Source of the DNA: Psammoneis japonica
Taxonomy: Eukaryota
Direction of reading: 5' to 3'
Length of the DNA: 64,000 nucleotides
Assembly (NCBI GenBank): GCA_008632985.1
Contig: QPGO01000002.1
Location: 868,001 to 932,000, forward strand
The number at the start of each line of letters is the position of its first letter. The stretch's first letter is position 1. Position numbers and translations under genes: made by a program. A model generated the notes under the pieces. The model was not told where the DNA came from. It was given only the letters and a program-made list of their open reading frames with translations, and made no database searches. Positions 13,183 to 26,385 of this stretch are shown in pieces.

Positions 13183-15446
13183 ATGCAGAACTCCACAGTG
13201 TCCAACAAGTCCACCTTTAAGAAGCGCCATGACAGTGACCTGCGTCAAAAATTTATTCGGCAAAAGAGTCGACGTGACATATTGTCGAGCCTGGCTGCAG
13301 ACTATGGCGGCATTTACAAAGCAAGGGATGCCGCTGATGAGACCAACCCATTCATCAGAGCTCAACCCAAGCCCTCAGTGAACCACATGTTTTTACCCAT
13401 GCCGAGGTGAAGGCTCGCACGTTAATAGCGTGTGACAAGATAACAAAGAAGATCTCCAACGCGCGATCTGGGGTCCTTGTCGTTGCCGCGCAAGATTCAA
13501 GCTACTCTTCAACAATGAAGTCGCTGCTCATGTCAGCAAGTGAAGAAGGTAGCGGCGCCAAAGACGGCGACGACGACATCATTTCACTGGGTATGGACTG
13601 GATCCAGTGTATCCCCAGCACCACCTCCAAGAGTGACAAGAACGATGCCGGTCGGCCGTTCTCAGCTTTACGGCCTCCTGATCGTTCGGGTGAGGAACAA
13701 CTGCTCATCTGTGTTGGCACGACAAGCAAGTACTCCAGCATGTGCTTGGGCGACCCAATCATGACAGAGATGGATGATGCCTTCGAATCCAATAACCTTG
13801 TTGTGATCACACGGAGTGCCATCATGCTCCCAATTGGGTCTCAAGAACAGAACATGTTCGGCGTAGATTGCGACGAGGTAATGTCTGCCGTCACTCAGGC
13901 GTTGTCGGACCGTGCCTTGAAAAAGAAACGACCATTGAAGTGGGGGCATGGTGTCGGTACAAAAGATCGCATGCTATCGTGGGCATTTTCCCACCTGCCT
14001 GATGCCGATAGTAATTTGCCTCATTTGGCCGCTCCTGCTCATCCTCCCTTACCGAGCAGACCTTTAGTTGAAATTGACGACACTGAAGAGCCCAACACCT
14101 TCGATCATGTCGCCGCCTACATAGCATTCCAAAATGACATCAAGTGCAGTATCCCGGAATTACCAGTTGTAAACTACTACGATTCCGGATTGTCGGCGTC
14201 GGTTGCTCAGAAGTATGCTATAAATCAGGGTGTTAGCCTACTCATGGACCGCGATGGACTTGCAATGAACAGGGATGCATCCATTGGCCACACCCTCAGC
14301 AAAATGAATCAACTTGTTGCTGTTGAACCGTATCGATCATCCAGGGGTGTCTACAACTTCTTTGTTGGTGACGGCGCCATGCGCTTGAACGGTGGCGCCG
14401 AGCTAGCTCTGTACCTCATGGGCCGACGCCAGAACTCCAGTACAACCCAGAGCAATGGCCTGGCCAGTAGAATGGAGAACGGCCAGCGCAAGAACGGCAG
14501 TGGTCGAACTCCCAAGAACGAGGAGTCGAATGCTAGGAATAAAATCCACAAGGACGGATCGAGTATGGTCACTCTGTTTGTCTTCATCAACGAAACCTGG
14601 GCTATTGAAGACAACATCATCCAAGAGTCTGTTGAAGTACATAAACTCTACAATAGGAGTTACTATGAACTCCTTTCGGCCCACCCCAATGTTCACATGT
14701 GCCATGGGGAAGCGGAGCTCCGAAAAGAGCTTTGTCGATTGACCTCCAAGCAGCTCCAGTATGTCCGCGATGAACACCAGGCGGGTGAGATCAACGTCGT
14801 GCTTATTACCGATATGGGTCTTAGCATGCCGCCTTCGATGTTCCCTAACGATGGTGTTATGATTAGCCCCGAAGTCAAGTACCTCCGAGCAACGCTTTCG
14901 GCATTTTCCGATGGATGCGACATGCCGGTCCCGATCTATGGCTGCTCAGCATACGAATACCTGCAGTTCCTTCACGCCTTCTTGGGCACCCAGGAAGGGA
15001 GCCGGTACGACTTCATTACGGGCATGACGGATATCCAGGCATCGCACCTTTGTGGCTTTGACCACCCGGAGGGGAGGAGTGTGTTGTTTATGAATGATAT
15101 TTTTGGTCTCAATTCCTTGGGCGAGACATTGCGGATGAACCAATCTGGTATAGGGGACAACTACAGACAGCTGATTATTTTTGTTTGGCACCCTTCCGTA
15201 GCGTCCACGATCGACCACTTTCAGCCTCACAGGCCGCCTTGCATCTGGCCCAATATGTCGCCCATGTTTACAAAGTTCTTCGTGCTCAAGGAGAAAGATG
15301 CGTGTTTCGTTGACTTTGACGGGACGTTGTCTACTGTCGATACAGTGAAGGAAGCCATCGCCGCCAGAACCCCACTGATACTCATCAACATGCTCCCAGA
15401 GCAAGAACGAAATCATGCCCAACTTGATATCCACACGAGGGTCTAA
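13183..15446 (+). CDS. Thiamine-pyrophosphate-dependent enzyme-like protein; apparent frameshift in T-run ~13390
   Basis: VNYYDSG, ASIGHTLS, FFVGDGAMRLNGGAEL...LFVFINETWAI resemble the GDG...NN TPP-binding domain; normal TA/Tyr content; 13183..13410 and 13407..15446 ORFs join. Confidence 0.6.
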
Positions 15447-15759
15447 GTTGTTGAGTTTTTACAACGGGTCTGTCCCAGGCTGGCCTCTGCGGTATGCACG
15501 GAATTCAGCACTTCATCGTGTTTCCGTTCTGAACAATTTCGTCAGTTAAGAGCTTTCAAGAAAGAGTTTGGCGAAACCCACACCGGTAAAGAAACTGTAC
15601 GTAGAAAACAATCCGTGATGTCTTAGTAATCATCACGACATATTTGTAGGGGACGGGTGGGATGTAGAAGTTGAATGAAAAGATCGTGCCATCTGTAGCT
15701 ACAGCAGTCCCTGAAAAAACCAGAATGAACATGTGAAAAGATCGTCACAGCGTTCTAAT

Positions 15760-17180
15760 AACTGCACCAACAACATTTTGATGCTTGCCACTGAGCCAAA
15801 CAACCAGAGCAATTTGCGCCAATAAAGCAAAACTCAACAACTGGATTTCTGCATGGCTTTGGCTTTTTTGGCAGAGCAGGCTCCTGCTCTGTCACAACAA
15901 AACTCAGCCCAGCCTGTGCTGTTTTCAAAAACTGACCCACCCCAATTTTTGTGGGAAACGCCAGATCAAAGCATGTGTTCCCCAGGTCAAGATGCCTCCT
16001 CAGAGGTGTGGCCAAAGGCATGCTGGGACACACAACACCTCTAGATGACCCACTCTCTGGTTTGCCCAATGCTGAGACAAGTTTGATTTTTCCTTGCAAA
16101 AGCACTGGCATGGCCAAGAACCAAGCTCAGTTGCCCAGCAACAAACCCCTGTGTCAACTAAAGGTGATGTTTCCAAACCTTTCAGGCCCCAGCTCTGCCA
16201 CAACTTCCAACTCTGGGTTGCAGCTCAAAGACTGTTCTTGGGTGCTTTGCCATTTCTTTTGTTCTCCTTTCCTGTTTTGAGCATGTCAGCTGCAACAAAG
16301 GGGTTGTGAATGTTGAGACAGTTTGGTGGAAGCCCTCTCCAGCAGCTCAGGAGGCAAGCATTGGGTGATGTCTCTCTGCATTGGAAAACAAGCTCAAGCT
16401 TGCCAACAGGCCCTTGTGCTGTCATTTTTCCCATGCTCTGTGGCAACCACTGCTGCTTTGAAAACAGCACAGTGGGCTCCAAAGTCACACACAGTTGGTG
16501 GCAGAGATTGTCTGTTTGTGGGGAGCTTGACAGCTCCAGACCCATTTACCAAGGAGAAGAGGCCAAGAACAAGCCAGCTGTGGCTGTTCCCAAGAGCAGC
16601 CAATCTTGGTGGGTGGGGGCACTGCACATCAACTGTCATGGGCATGCTTGCATGAACTCACATCATTGAGCACACTGTGGTGCAACCCACATGCTGCACA
16701 ATTGTGTCAGACTGGTGCAAAAAATCAACAGCTCCTCTCTTGCACACTTTCTCGTGTGTTCTTCAGCACATTGTTGATCTGCAAAATTTGGCAGGGGTGT
16801 GAGCCTGGACAGTGGTCACCAGTCTTGCCTGTGACCTCGCTGACCACATTTGAATGTTGTGCAAACAGCTCTCATTCAAGTGTTGTGGTTGGGATGCTGT
16901 GCACAAAATCTTTGTTGGCTCTTGATGGGTCCTCTCCAGCACCCACTGACTCTTCAAACTGGGTGCTGCAATGTGGGTGCATTGCAAGTTTTGTCAATTT
17001 CAGATGAGGTTGTGGGAGAGCCAGGTTGCTTGCGTCACATTGGAAGTTGCACACCAACTTTGTGCCAGCCAGCCTGCAGAGTTTTGCATGTGCACATCAT
17101 GCAGTGCACCTCTCCTGCAGACTGTCATTGCAAAAAGTCCAAAATTTCCAAGCACTGCTGCAGTCCTTCTCCACTCAATG
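15760..17180. mobile_element. TpA- and CpG-depleted island C (unclassified remnant)
   Basis: Same compositional signature as island B. Confidence 0.6.
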
Positions 17181-17580
17181 AAGTGTAGCGCAGAAGGGCA
17201 GTCACCACGTGTTCCGAACGTGCATCGACGGACGAGCGACGAACTCAAATCTCGCGCGCGCTCGCGCGAAATACAGTGTCCACATTTTTAAAAATCAAAA
17301 CATTGTTCCATGAAGATGCGTATTCAACGTCTCCCGCCACCGCAGACCAGACGTCGCCGCGCGCGCGAGACCAACATGGAAAAACATTGCATTTTATTTT
17401 GAGTTTTTCTTGTTTGACAGCACGCTGTTCCTGTCAAAACCCCATGGCGGTTTTGCCTCAGATGTCACCAGCGGATTGACTGAAATTACTGGTAAAAGTC
17501 GATAGAAGTGTCTAGAGTGTGACCATAAAGAAACAAACGGACGAGAGGGGCGCGCACCGACCGATTGCGGTAACATCAAG

Positions 17581-20500
17581 ATGCTGAACAGCGACGCTCT
17601 CGTTGTCACTCAATTCTTGACGCAGTTTCAGTCTTATTTCTACAATGAAACGACTGAACCAATGCTGATCACTCCCGAGGATCTGAACGAGGCGATTCAG
17701 TATCGATTGGCCTTGGAACGATATCATAACCTTGAGAACGAATACAAGTCACTCCGAGACTGCCCCAAAGATCAGGAGCAAACATGGCAAGCAAAACTCG
17801 ACTCTTACAAGCTTGCGCTTGACGTCACGTCAGACAAGATCAAGGCCTTGCATTTTCTGATTCGACGGTTTGAAATCGTGTCGACCCGGGCCTTGGCCAA
17901 TCACTGCCTCGTGTATTGCAGCAGTCAGTCGGGGAAAAGCTCATCAACTTCGTCCTCACCAGCGTCGCAGTATTGTCATTCGACTCTGCTGAACCTGCCG
18001 GGAGCAAGTCATTTTCTCAAAGTATTCGAGAAAACTTCGCCAGGAGCGCAGCAGCATGGGAACTGTGGATTATTTCTTGTTCCCAACTCTGGAACTCAAT
18101 TGGAATACCAACGACTCGCGTCCATGGTTTCGTTGCTGCCCACCGTCAAGGCTCAACGGGAAGCCTTTCAATCGCCCCTGACTTGTGTCAATAGCAAGAC
18201 ATTGTCGTCTACCGAGAGCAAGAATCAGCTGTCGGTCAATTACGCGTTTCATCAAACCGACTTGGTAGCGCTATGGGTCCGTGCTCAGCGCAACACATCG
18301 GCTGCAAGGCATTTGCTCAATCTCTTTCACGTGGTTCCCACCAAGGAGGACAAGAACAAGTACGTGGCGCAGTTTGTTGGCAATCACGCTCTGACCCGTC
18401 AACGTGTTTTAGAAGAGAGTCATTTGGTGGACTTTCTACAAGAGTGGGCCGTGGTCAATCAAGTGTTCTTGACGTATCCATACATTTACAATGATATTCT
18501 ACAAGCAGAGCAAGCGGCCGACAACAAGAAGCGTGGAGCACAGGAATCCAGCAGCTGCGTCGGTCCCTCCAAGAAGCCACGGCTCCAACAATCCAGCGAC
18601 GATGACATGTCAATCTCAAGCGACGAAGAAGTCCAAGAAATGTTACCTACCAATAGTACCGGTGCTCCAGAGCAAGCCGTGGCTCTATCCAAGGAACAAG
18701 AGCAAGACCTCTTCAATGCCTGTCACTGCTTTTTGCTTTCATGGTTTGCAAGACGAAACCGTAAGGCACTGGCCATTATCTTTTCCAGAAATCCACCCGC
18801 AGCGGCGATTGGCAAGGCGGCGCTGGATGACTTGTTGGCACGAAAGGTCCCTGAACAAGTTTCGCGCGAGTTGAAGCGAATCCAGGGACGTCATTTTCAA
18901 AACAATGATTCTCTCTATCGCATTCGACGACGGCTCATTCAGAATTGGTTCACTTTTGACGATGACCAGAGCCCCACGTCGTTGCAGAAGAGCATGAAGG
19001 ATTTGATGAAAGCGTTGCAATCATATGACTTGAAGGGCGCATTGATGGGCAAGACGGAAGTTTCCGATGCGATTCAAGACTTTGAAGAATTGTATGGTTA
19101 CTTTACGAAAGCCTTGAAAGAAAAGGGACCCATGGCGGTCGCTCGGATGCTTATGGAATCCCATGACACTCCAGAAGGAATGGCGCAATCCCTATGTTCT
19201 TATCCACCTCCGTGGGTTGAGGCGCTCGGAGACACAAGTGAATTTCGGGTTTGCAGTGTGTGCGAGGTTGCTCGTCACCGAGACTGCTGTGAGGGAGAAA
19301 TGACGACATCCACGCTGGCTAATATCATTCTTGATTGTCCACCGTTGAAACGACTGTACGTTCCCGGTGTTCCTAAGGACTCCAATCCTCCAGACTTTGT
19401 ATCCGATGATTCGTGCACATTTTCAGAACTTATCATTGACGTCACTCGTCCACGAGATAAATTTGGAAAGCTCGAGAGACTTGGTTTGGTGTTGCAGCAA
19501 ACAGAAGACTGCAAGAAGCTTTTGAACAGTGTACTGAATGCAAACGTACCGGTCGACGATGCACACTTTCCTCTTTCGGTTCCAGTGAGAGGAAATTTGG
19601 TGGTGAAAGTTGTAAATGGGGCGTGCGCGCAAAAGGCAGGAATACGTGTGGGCGACATCATTACCGCCGTGAAGTATCCACAAGAAGGAGAAGAATTCGA
19701 CTTCTCCACGATTCCACCCAATTATCGAAAAAGGTACTTTTTGAATGCCCACCGTATGCGATTTACTGTCCAGCGTGCAAATATCAATGTGCTTCGGCGT
19801 GTTGCGCGGTGGAAGAAACGAGTGAAAAACGCAAGTTTTCAATATGACGGAAGTCAAGTCCTTTACGTTTGTGGCTCGTGTCGTGCTGAGGAGTCGTCTA
19901 GAAGTAGGCCTCAAGAGACGGAACGGGAGGAAAGAAAACGAGAGGCGATTCATTGCCGAGCTATCATTCGTCGATTAGGCATGGAGTGGTGTTCCCTACC
20001 TTTTCACGACGAGCATCCTTCGAATACTGACGACATGAACGGCTCACGAGAGTCGCGTCAACAGCCGAATCCTCCAGTCAGTTTTCGTCGTTTGGACAGA
20101 ATGATGAGTAGAATTATTGTAGAAGCCTCACATGAGGCCGGGAAGGAATCTTTTGATGGGGATATCGAGGATTCATTTGGCGATCCGTTTTGTGCACCGC
20201 CATGGGACACGAGGTTCGGGGAACACTTGGAATGGGTTTCAAGCGACGACCTTAAGAACAAGCCGCTGGAGCTTCTCTGTCGGGGGATGCGACTGCTCCT
20301 GGCTTCTCCCTCAGCGGACGATATGTACAAGGATCAGAGAAGTGCGCTGTCTGAAGACTTTGCGATGCTTGCATCAGCGTGGTGCTGGACTGCCGCAGCA
20401 GACTCGAAAGTGAAAAGTAAGGGGCCACCGAGTCATGCTCAGCAAGTTCGGGAGCCATGGTTAGAAGAAAGTTGTACGGTTTGCGGGTCTCGTCCTCGTT

Positions 20501-23500
20501 GTACAAATGGGTCGGATCCAGTTTGTAACAGTTTAAGTTGTCGTCGACTGTGGAGCCAACAAAAAGCGGCTGCCTCCCCGTCCTTGACGTCAGAAACAGG
20601 CGAGGAACCGTCGCAAGCGGGGGAAGTCGATGCTCAACTTCCGGATGCAGCGGACGCCTCACGTCGAGAGGAATCATCGGAGCCAACAGCAGATTCAGAG
20701 GAAAACGAATATCGTGACGTCGCTCCTATGCTCGAGAAGTCTTCAACAGACCAGAAGCTTAGTGAATATGAAGCCTGTTCGTCCCTTGTCGGTACTTGTT
20801 TTGTGGTCCTAGCCGGTGATCCTCTTCTTGACTTCGTTTCTGGAGAGCTCAAACAGAATATCGAACACATGAACCGCCCTGTGGAAATGATTGTGGTTTC
20901 GTATCTTCCATCTAACTATTTTCCGCCGCAGAATGGAAATGTTGTTGATGGAGTTTTTCATATCTTTCCTGTTCTTAATCCGAATCAGCTCGCATTCCTG
21001 AAGCAGACCTGTGGCAGTCCTACGGGTATGCGGAAGCCTCCAGTGGATATGCGGGAGAGGCGCTACGATTGGGCCGAGCTGGAAGTACTTAAGGTATGCG
21101 GGGTAATCAAGCTCTCGCACCGTGAGTTACTGGACAAAATGAAACAAAGCCATGCAATCCGTCGAGCAATTGATGATGCAGTTGCAGGTGCCGCCTCTTG
21201 TTCCACGGTAGTCGAGTTACGACATTTTCAGAAGTCGTCGAAGAATATAGGAATGGACGACTCAGTCTTGAATGCACCTGTTCTGCCGTGCTGCAGTGTG
21301 GAACAAATATCAAAATCTGCCCAGGAGAGTCTTCCAGTAGATGACTGTTGTTTGTCAGTGTCTCCATCGCTTGGTGACCACGAGCGGAAGACTTTTGTGC
21401 AAGCTAGATACCACGTTGTTCAGATGGCCGCTTTGGATGACTCTACACAATGTTCTCGGTCGTTACTACTGGCCAATCTTTCTGAGTTGATTGATGCTCT
21501 CCAGCAGGGCGCTGTTCCTCTGGTGAGGCAATTAGTTGAAAAAAACGTTGACGTGGTAGCCGAAGACTCCTCGTGTGACACACAAGAACGTGGAGCGGAA
21601 ACTGACGATTACACAGATATTGAAGACAGTGAAACAGATTCTGAAAAGAGACTCGAGCGCACCTTGCAAATGCGTCTGTTTCCAGAAGAAAACGCCAGAC
21701 CTTGTACTTCGTGGTGGCCCATTACTGCACTCCCGGAAGATGTAAGAGGTGATTGTAGTTTGTGCTTCACGGATCTAATCGATCCCCTGCGGGATGGGTG
21801 TTCGCAAACGAGTACAAAAGAAACGTCGTCACTTGTTGGGCTGACGCTTGAGACCCCTCCTCGATTTCTAGGCCTCTACAATAGAGAAACGGTAGTTTTG
21901 ACACGGGTGTCATCTGATATTACTGACCAAGCCGACGGTTTTCAAACCGAAATGGCGAATGCGAGCGGCTGGGGCTTCGAGCTATTACGTTGGAAGCACG
22001 AGAGTCGAAGGATTCGGGTTGGACGTGTACGTCCAGGCTCTGTGGCAGCTAGAGCTGGTCTTTGCAAGCATGACATTGTGCTCGTCATCAATGGACAGGA
22101 CATAGGTCACATGGAACAGGATCATGAGCTTATCAGCAACATTCTCTGTATCAGTACCGAAGAATTTCTGTCCTCAAGGGTTTTACTTTCGTCCAGCGTT
22201 GCCAGTCGTAAGTCGACTACCGGTACAGTCGTTTTGCAAGTTCGTCGACCGAAATTGCGGAACTATGGGCAGAAAGAATCAACAACTGCTTCGGCAGAAG
22301 TCGTCAATGACTCTGGCTTCCACGAGTCTCGTGAGCACAGAACCGAACATAACCAGTTGCGCAACGATAATTCTGTCATTGAGTTGTTGGACGACTCATC
22401 CACGGAGCAGGAACAAGTGTGCGCTTCTTCGTCACCTGAAAACAATGGACAATCGCCGATTCTTGCACCGACAATAGTGCATATGGAACCTCATCGGCAT
22501 TTGAATCAGTCTGGGAGACAGCAGTCCACACAAGAAACTTCGTTTCCAGCCCATTCTCCTTTACCTACTCAATCCATTGGGTTTTCGCAGGAGCACCTCT
22601 ATCAGCCAAGCGGCTTAACGATTTTCACCCTCTTAGAACAAGGCGTTGTACTCGAGGCTTGCAGACGGGATTGTCCAATGCTCGGTGCTCGCCTTTTGTG
22701 CCCTCGTTATAGTGTGGACGTGGTTAACGGGCAGCTTGATCTCATACGCCAAAACATACAGCAAGGGTACGTGTTCCCTCTTCCACGAGTTCAGGAGAGT
22801 CTATGGAAATTCCTTTTGGAAAAAGATTATCAACGGAGTCGGAATGAGACAGGACCAGTCATTTGTAGGGAGGGTCAATGGTCCTGGCAGAAACCGACTG
22901 ATCGCCTCCCGCTCGACCGGCTTGCTGAAGGTTTCCTACGCATGGGTGTTCGTTTGTCTTCTTTCAGTCAGCCTCCACAACCGCAGCAGGTTGCTCAGAG
23001 ACGTTCCGTTGATGCTACGAACCCTGCAATGGATACGGGCAACACTCGGCTCACAGATTTAAATTCAGGGAACGCGAATATGTACAGCGCCGGTCGAAGT
23101 TCGGCTCAAGGATCAGCTCCTGAATCTCTTGATGCGGCATCCCCAGAGATCGTCGCTGATTCTAACGCGTCGATTACATTAGACAGATATCCTGAGACAG
23201 AATGGAAGGCGCGCCCCGTTCATGGCGAGGGCGTAGCTTTCAGAGATGGGAAGCCCATTGGTAAAGAGAAATTTGTTGGCTACGTGCGTTCCTTCAGCAC
23301 TTCGAGCAACGATGAGGATGCTATGATTGTGGAGGTCTACGTCGTCGCAACATCTAGTGATGGATTGCTGGAGAAGCCTGTCATAAATCGCCTGAGTCCT
23401 GGCCAGCTACGCATAGTAACGCGTGGTTCAGAAGAAGCTAGAGTTGTGGAGAAATGGGCTAAATCGCTAAGAAACAGTCAGGAGCCACGGATTGAACGAA

Positions 23501-26299
23501 TCAGAGGCGGTGGTGAAGTTATTGAAGGTGGAAACGGTGAAAACGCATCTGCAGCACAGAGACTCCTAGCGGTGCCAAGTGAGAAACGGAACAACATGTT
23601 TGTACATGGAACGTGTGATTCGATGTTGGATGGCCACATGGTGGAAGCATCATTCATCGGAAAAGTTGTACTGGGAGATGACATTGACAACACGATCTAT
23701 GTGTCGCTGATATATTTGTCAACTGTCGGCCTTCTAGCTGATCACAAAGATTGCATGATCGATGCCGGTGAATTGTTTGTCGTTCAACCTGACTCAGAAC
23801 AATCAGTAATTGTGAAGGAATGGCAGAAAACGAGAGTCGAGGGATCGCTGATGCCAGAAGACGCTCGCGATGAAATCAACCCTGCCGAAACCGACAAGGA
23901 GTCGTCCGCCGACATGATTGGTTCAAACTCCTTAGGCCATGCTACCGGGACCAAAGGAGTCGAACAGGATGCGGCGAATGTTGTTGATGAAAGGACTTTA
24001 ATAGACTCAGACGATAATCGTGGTGCTGCTCGCGGTATTCGAGAGGCCTTTGGCAACGGGAGCTCTTCTTCATCGAATGGCAGAAACGACATGGATGCGG
24101 CATTTCATTCATCTGAGAAGGAGTCGTCAAATGAATCTACTGAGTCGAACTGTTTAGTTGGTGCCATTCAGGGGGAAGGAATCGAACGAGCTGTGGCGAA
24201 TGCTGTTGATGAAAGGAATTCAAGGGGCTCTGATGATGAAAGTGTGTTGGCTGCGGACAGACGAGAGAACGCCGATGACGGGAGCTCTTCTTTGTCGAAT
24301 GACAGAGGCGACGGTAATGCTGTGTCGCATTCATCTGAGAAGGAGTCGTCCACCACCGCTGTTGAATCGAACTGCTTAGATGGTGCCACCGAGGCGAACG
24401 GAATCGAACGTGCTGTGGCTAATGCCGTCGACGAAAAAAGTACAAGCGGATCTGACGATCAAAGTAGACAGGACGGTGATGACAGCAGCTCATCTTTGTC
24501 GAATGGCGCGGACGACAGAAATGTGGGGTTGCATTCATCTGGTGTTGCCAGTGCTTCCAATGACGTGGAATTCTCCTCCGAGTTGGACTCAACAGATGCT
24601 GTTGCAAACCGAACGTTTTTGGATATGAATTTGGCATCGGCGTCTCTTTTGAAGAGATTTCACCAGCAAGTAGCTTATCCGCTGGGAGTTCTTCCTGACG
24701 GAAGACGTGTGCACTGGGTTACAACGGATCCTCGCGCTCTATACATTCAGAAACACAATAATTCTTCGAACACAGTCGCTGTTGCACGAACCGAGATGCT
24801 ACAAAACAAGTACAGAGCCCACGTGGGCTGCTCTTCCACAAGCCACTACTGTGTTTGGGGTTGTAGTCAAGAACCAACAAAAAACTCCAGACATGCGCCT
24901 CTCTCCTTCTCTACGCCGTCAGATCTGGAGGAGCACATTCGTTCATTCCACTCGTACGATTCCGAGTCTTGTGAATGCGACGATTGTACCGAGAGACTTT
25001 CGGAAGGGGAGGAGCTACTGTCTCTTGTCTCTGATTTGACCGTGGCTATATCTGTAAGATGCAATGACTTCTTGAAGAAGGCCCATGCTGTGGAATGCCA
25101 GGGCGGCCGGAAACAGCAGAGATTCACGTCCATGTGGCTGCTGGCCCTCACAAATGCCTGCCGTGGCGGACTGGCATCTTTGACGGAATTCCTCGGAAAC
25201 ACAAAAGTTTGTGGAGATGCTCAACAATTGATACGCCTTCTCTCTCGACTAGCCAGACTATTTCGTATCGACGTTGGAGGAGATGGGCGTATTCGCATGG
25301 ACGAGTCAGCTCTTTTGAAACTTACGAATCGCGACGGTGATCACGTTGCAAAATACACGAGCTGTCGAAGAATGCCGAGGTTGCTTGTTTCAGCGAGACA
25401 ACAACCGAAGAAATGACCAATAGCACTCGCCGTGAATGCACCGTGTGTTATTTCGGCAATATAAGTGACGAGAGGTTTTCTTGCAGCAGCCAAGCTGTGG
25501 AGGATTCATGCTGCAAGCCCTATTCTGGCATAGGTTGCTCCTTAGCTAGCGAGGCATACTTTCCTGGTAATTCTTTGCCACATGAAAGGGAAGGATATGG
25601 AGAGGGGCGACTTGCAATGGTGAAAGGATTGCTGTCTCGTGTGGCATCCCACATTCCTCCAGCTCTTCGTCGGAATCCGTCTTGTAGAAAAGTGGGCTCG
25701 AGGAATGTGTCTGGCGATGAGATGTCACGTTATCAGATATGGAGAGATCCACATGTTGAGCAGTGGCGCATTTTTTTGAGAAACAGCAGGAGAATTGAAA
25801 TGGTTGCGCAGGCTTTTCTGATGCTACTCCACTCTGTCGACAAGAATAAAATGCCGCGTTGGTGGAAAACACCGAGAACCGGATGGTCTGGCGCTTATGC
25901 TGTTCTAGATGGAGTGACCTCTTCTAGACTCATGCTTCAAATATACGTGTTTGACGCCGCTGTTGCAGAGTTCACTGCTACATATTCACCTTCTGCAGCG
26001 TTAGGGAGAACGAAGAAGCACCTCCAACGCGAACGAACCGGCAAGGGGAAGAGAACAGACTAGACAACACCTTTCGGTTGGCGCAGGAACTCTGTTTTGA
26101 GCGTTATCAAGGTCCAAGCAGCGAGGAGTGTCTTATTTGCGGCGCAGGTGGAAGCATGCTAGCATGCAGTTTTTGCAATAACGCCCAGCATCCCAACTGT
26201 TGTGACAACCCGATTTCGAACAGATCATCCCATGATTGGGCCTGCGACTCTTGTGTTTCTCTATTTCCGTATCTTCGAAGTGCACCGCAGCATGAGTAG
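17581..26299 (+). CDS. Very large (~2900 aa) putative chromatin protein: two PDZ-like domains, PHD-like and C2H2-like fingers, WHIM/WSD-like region, C-terminal PHD finger; apparent frameshifts ~25370 and ~26050
   Basis: VKVVNGACAQKAGIRVGDIITAV; RVRPGSVAARAGLCKHDIVLVING; CVWGC..FSTPSDLEEHIRSFH; WRIFLRNS..VAQAFLMLLHSVDKNKMPRWW; CLICGAGGSMLACSFCNNAQHPNCC..WACDSC. Confidence 0.75.
23896..24540 (+). repeat. Three degenerate 222-bp (74-aa) coding tandem repeats
   Basis: aaggagtcgtc at 23896, 24118, 24340; peptide KESS...GIERAVANAVDE...GSSS.SN. Confidence 0.85.
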
Positions 26300-26385
26300 T
26301 GTGAAGCTGAACAGCATGCCCTCGCTCATTGCTTCCTATGCAAACTACAATATTCCAGACCGAAGAGGCGCTATACAAGTACTAC

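Noticed and set aside
6193..17482. 12-bp inverted repeat cagtcaatccgc (6193-6204 / 17471-17482) as ends of an 11-kb pack element carrying the TPP-like gene
   Set aside because: No target-site duplication, no extension of the match, and the right copy lies in the next gene's upstream region; may be chance
23487..23517. RIERIRGGG as a ubiquitin-like cleavage site
   Set aside because: No ubiquitin fold recognisable upstream; motif too short to support alone
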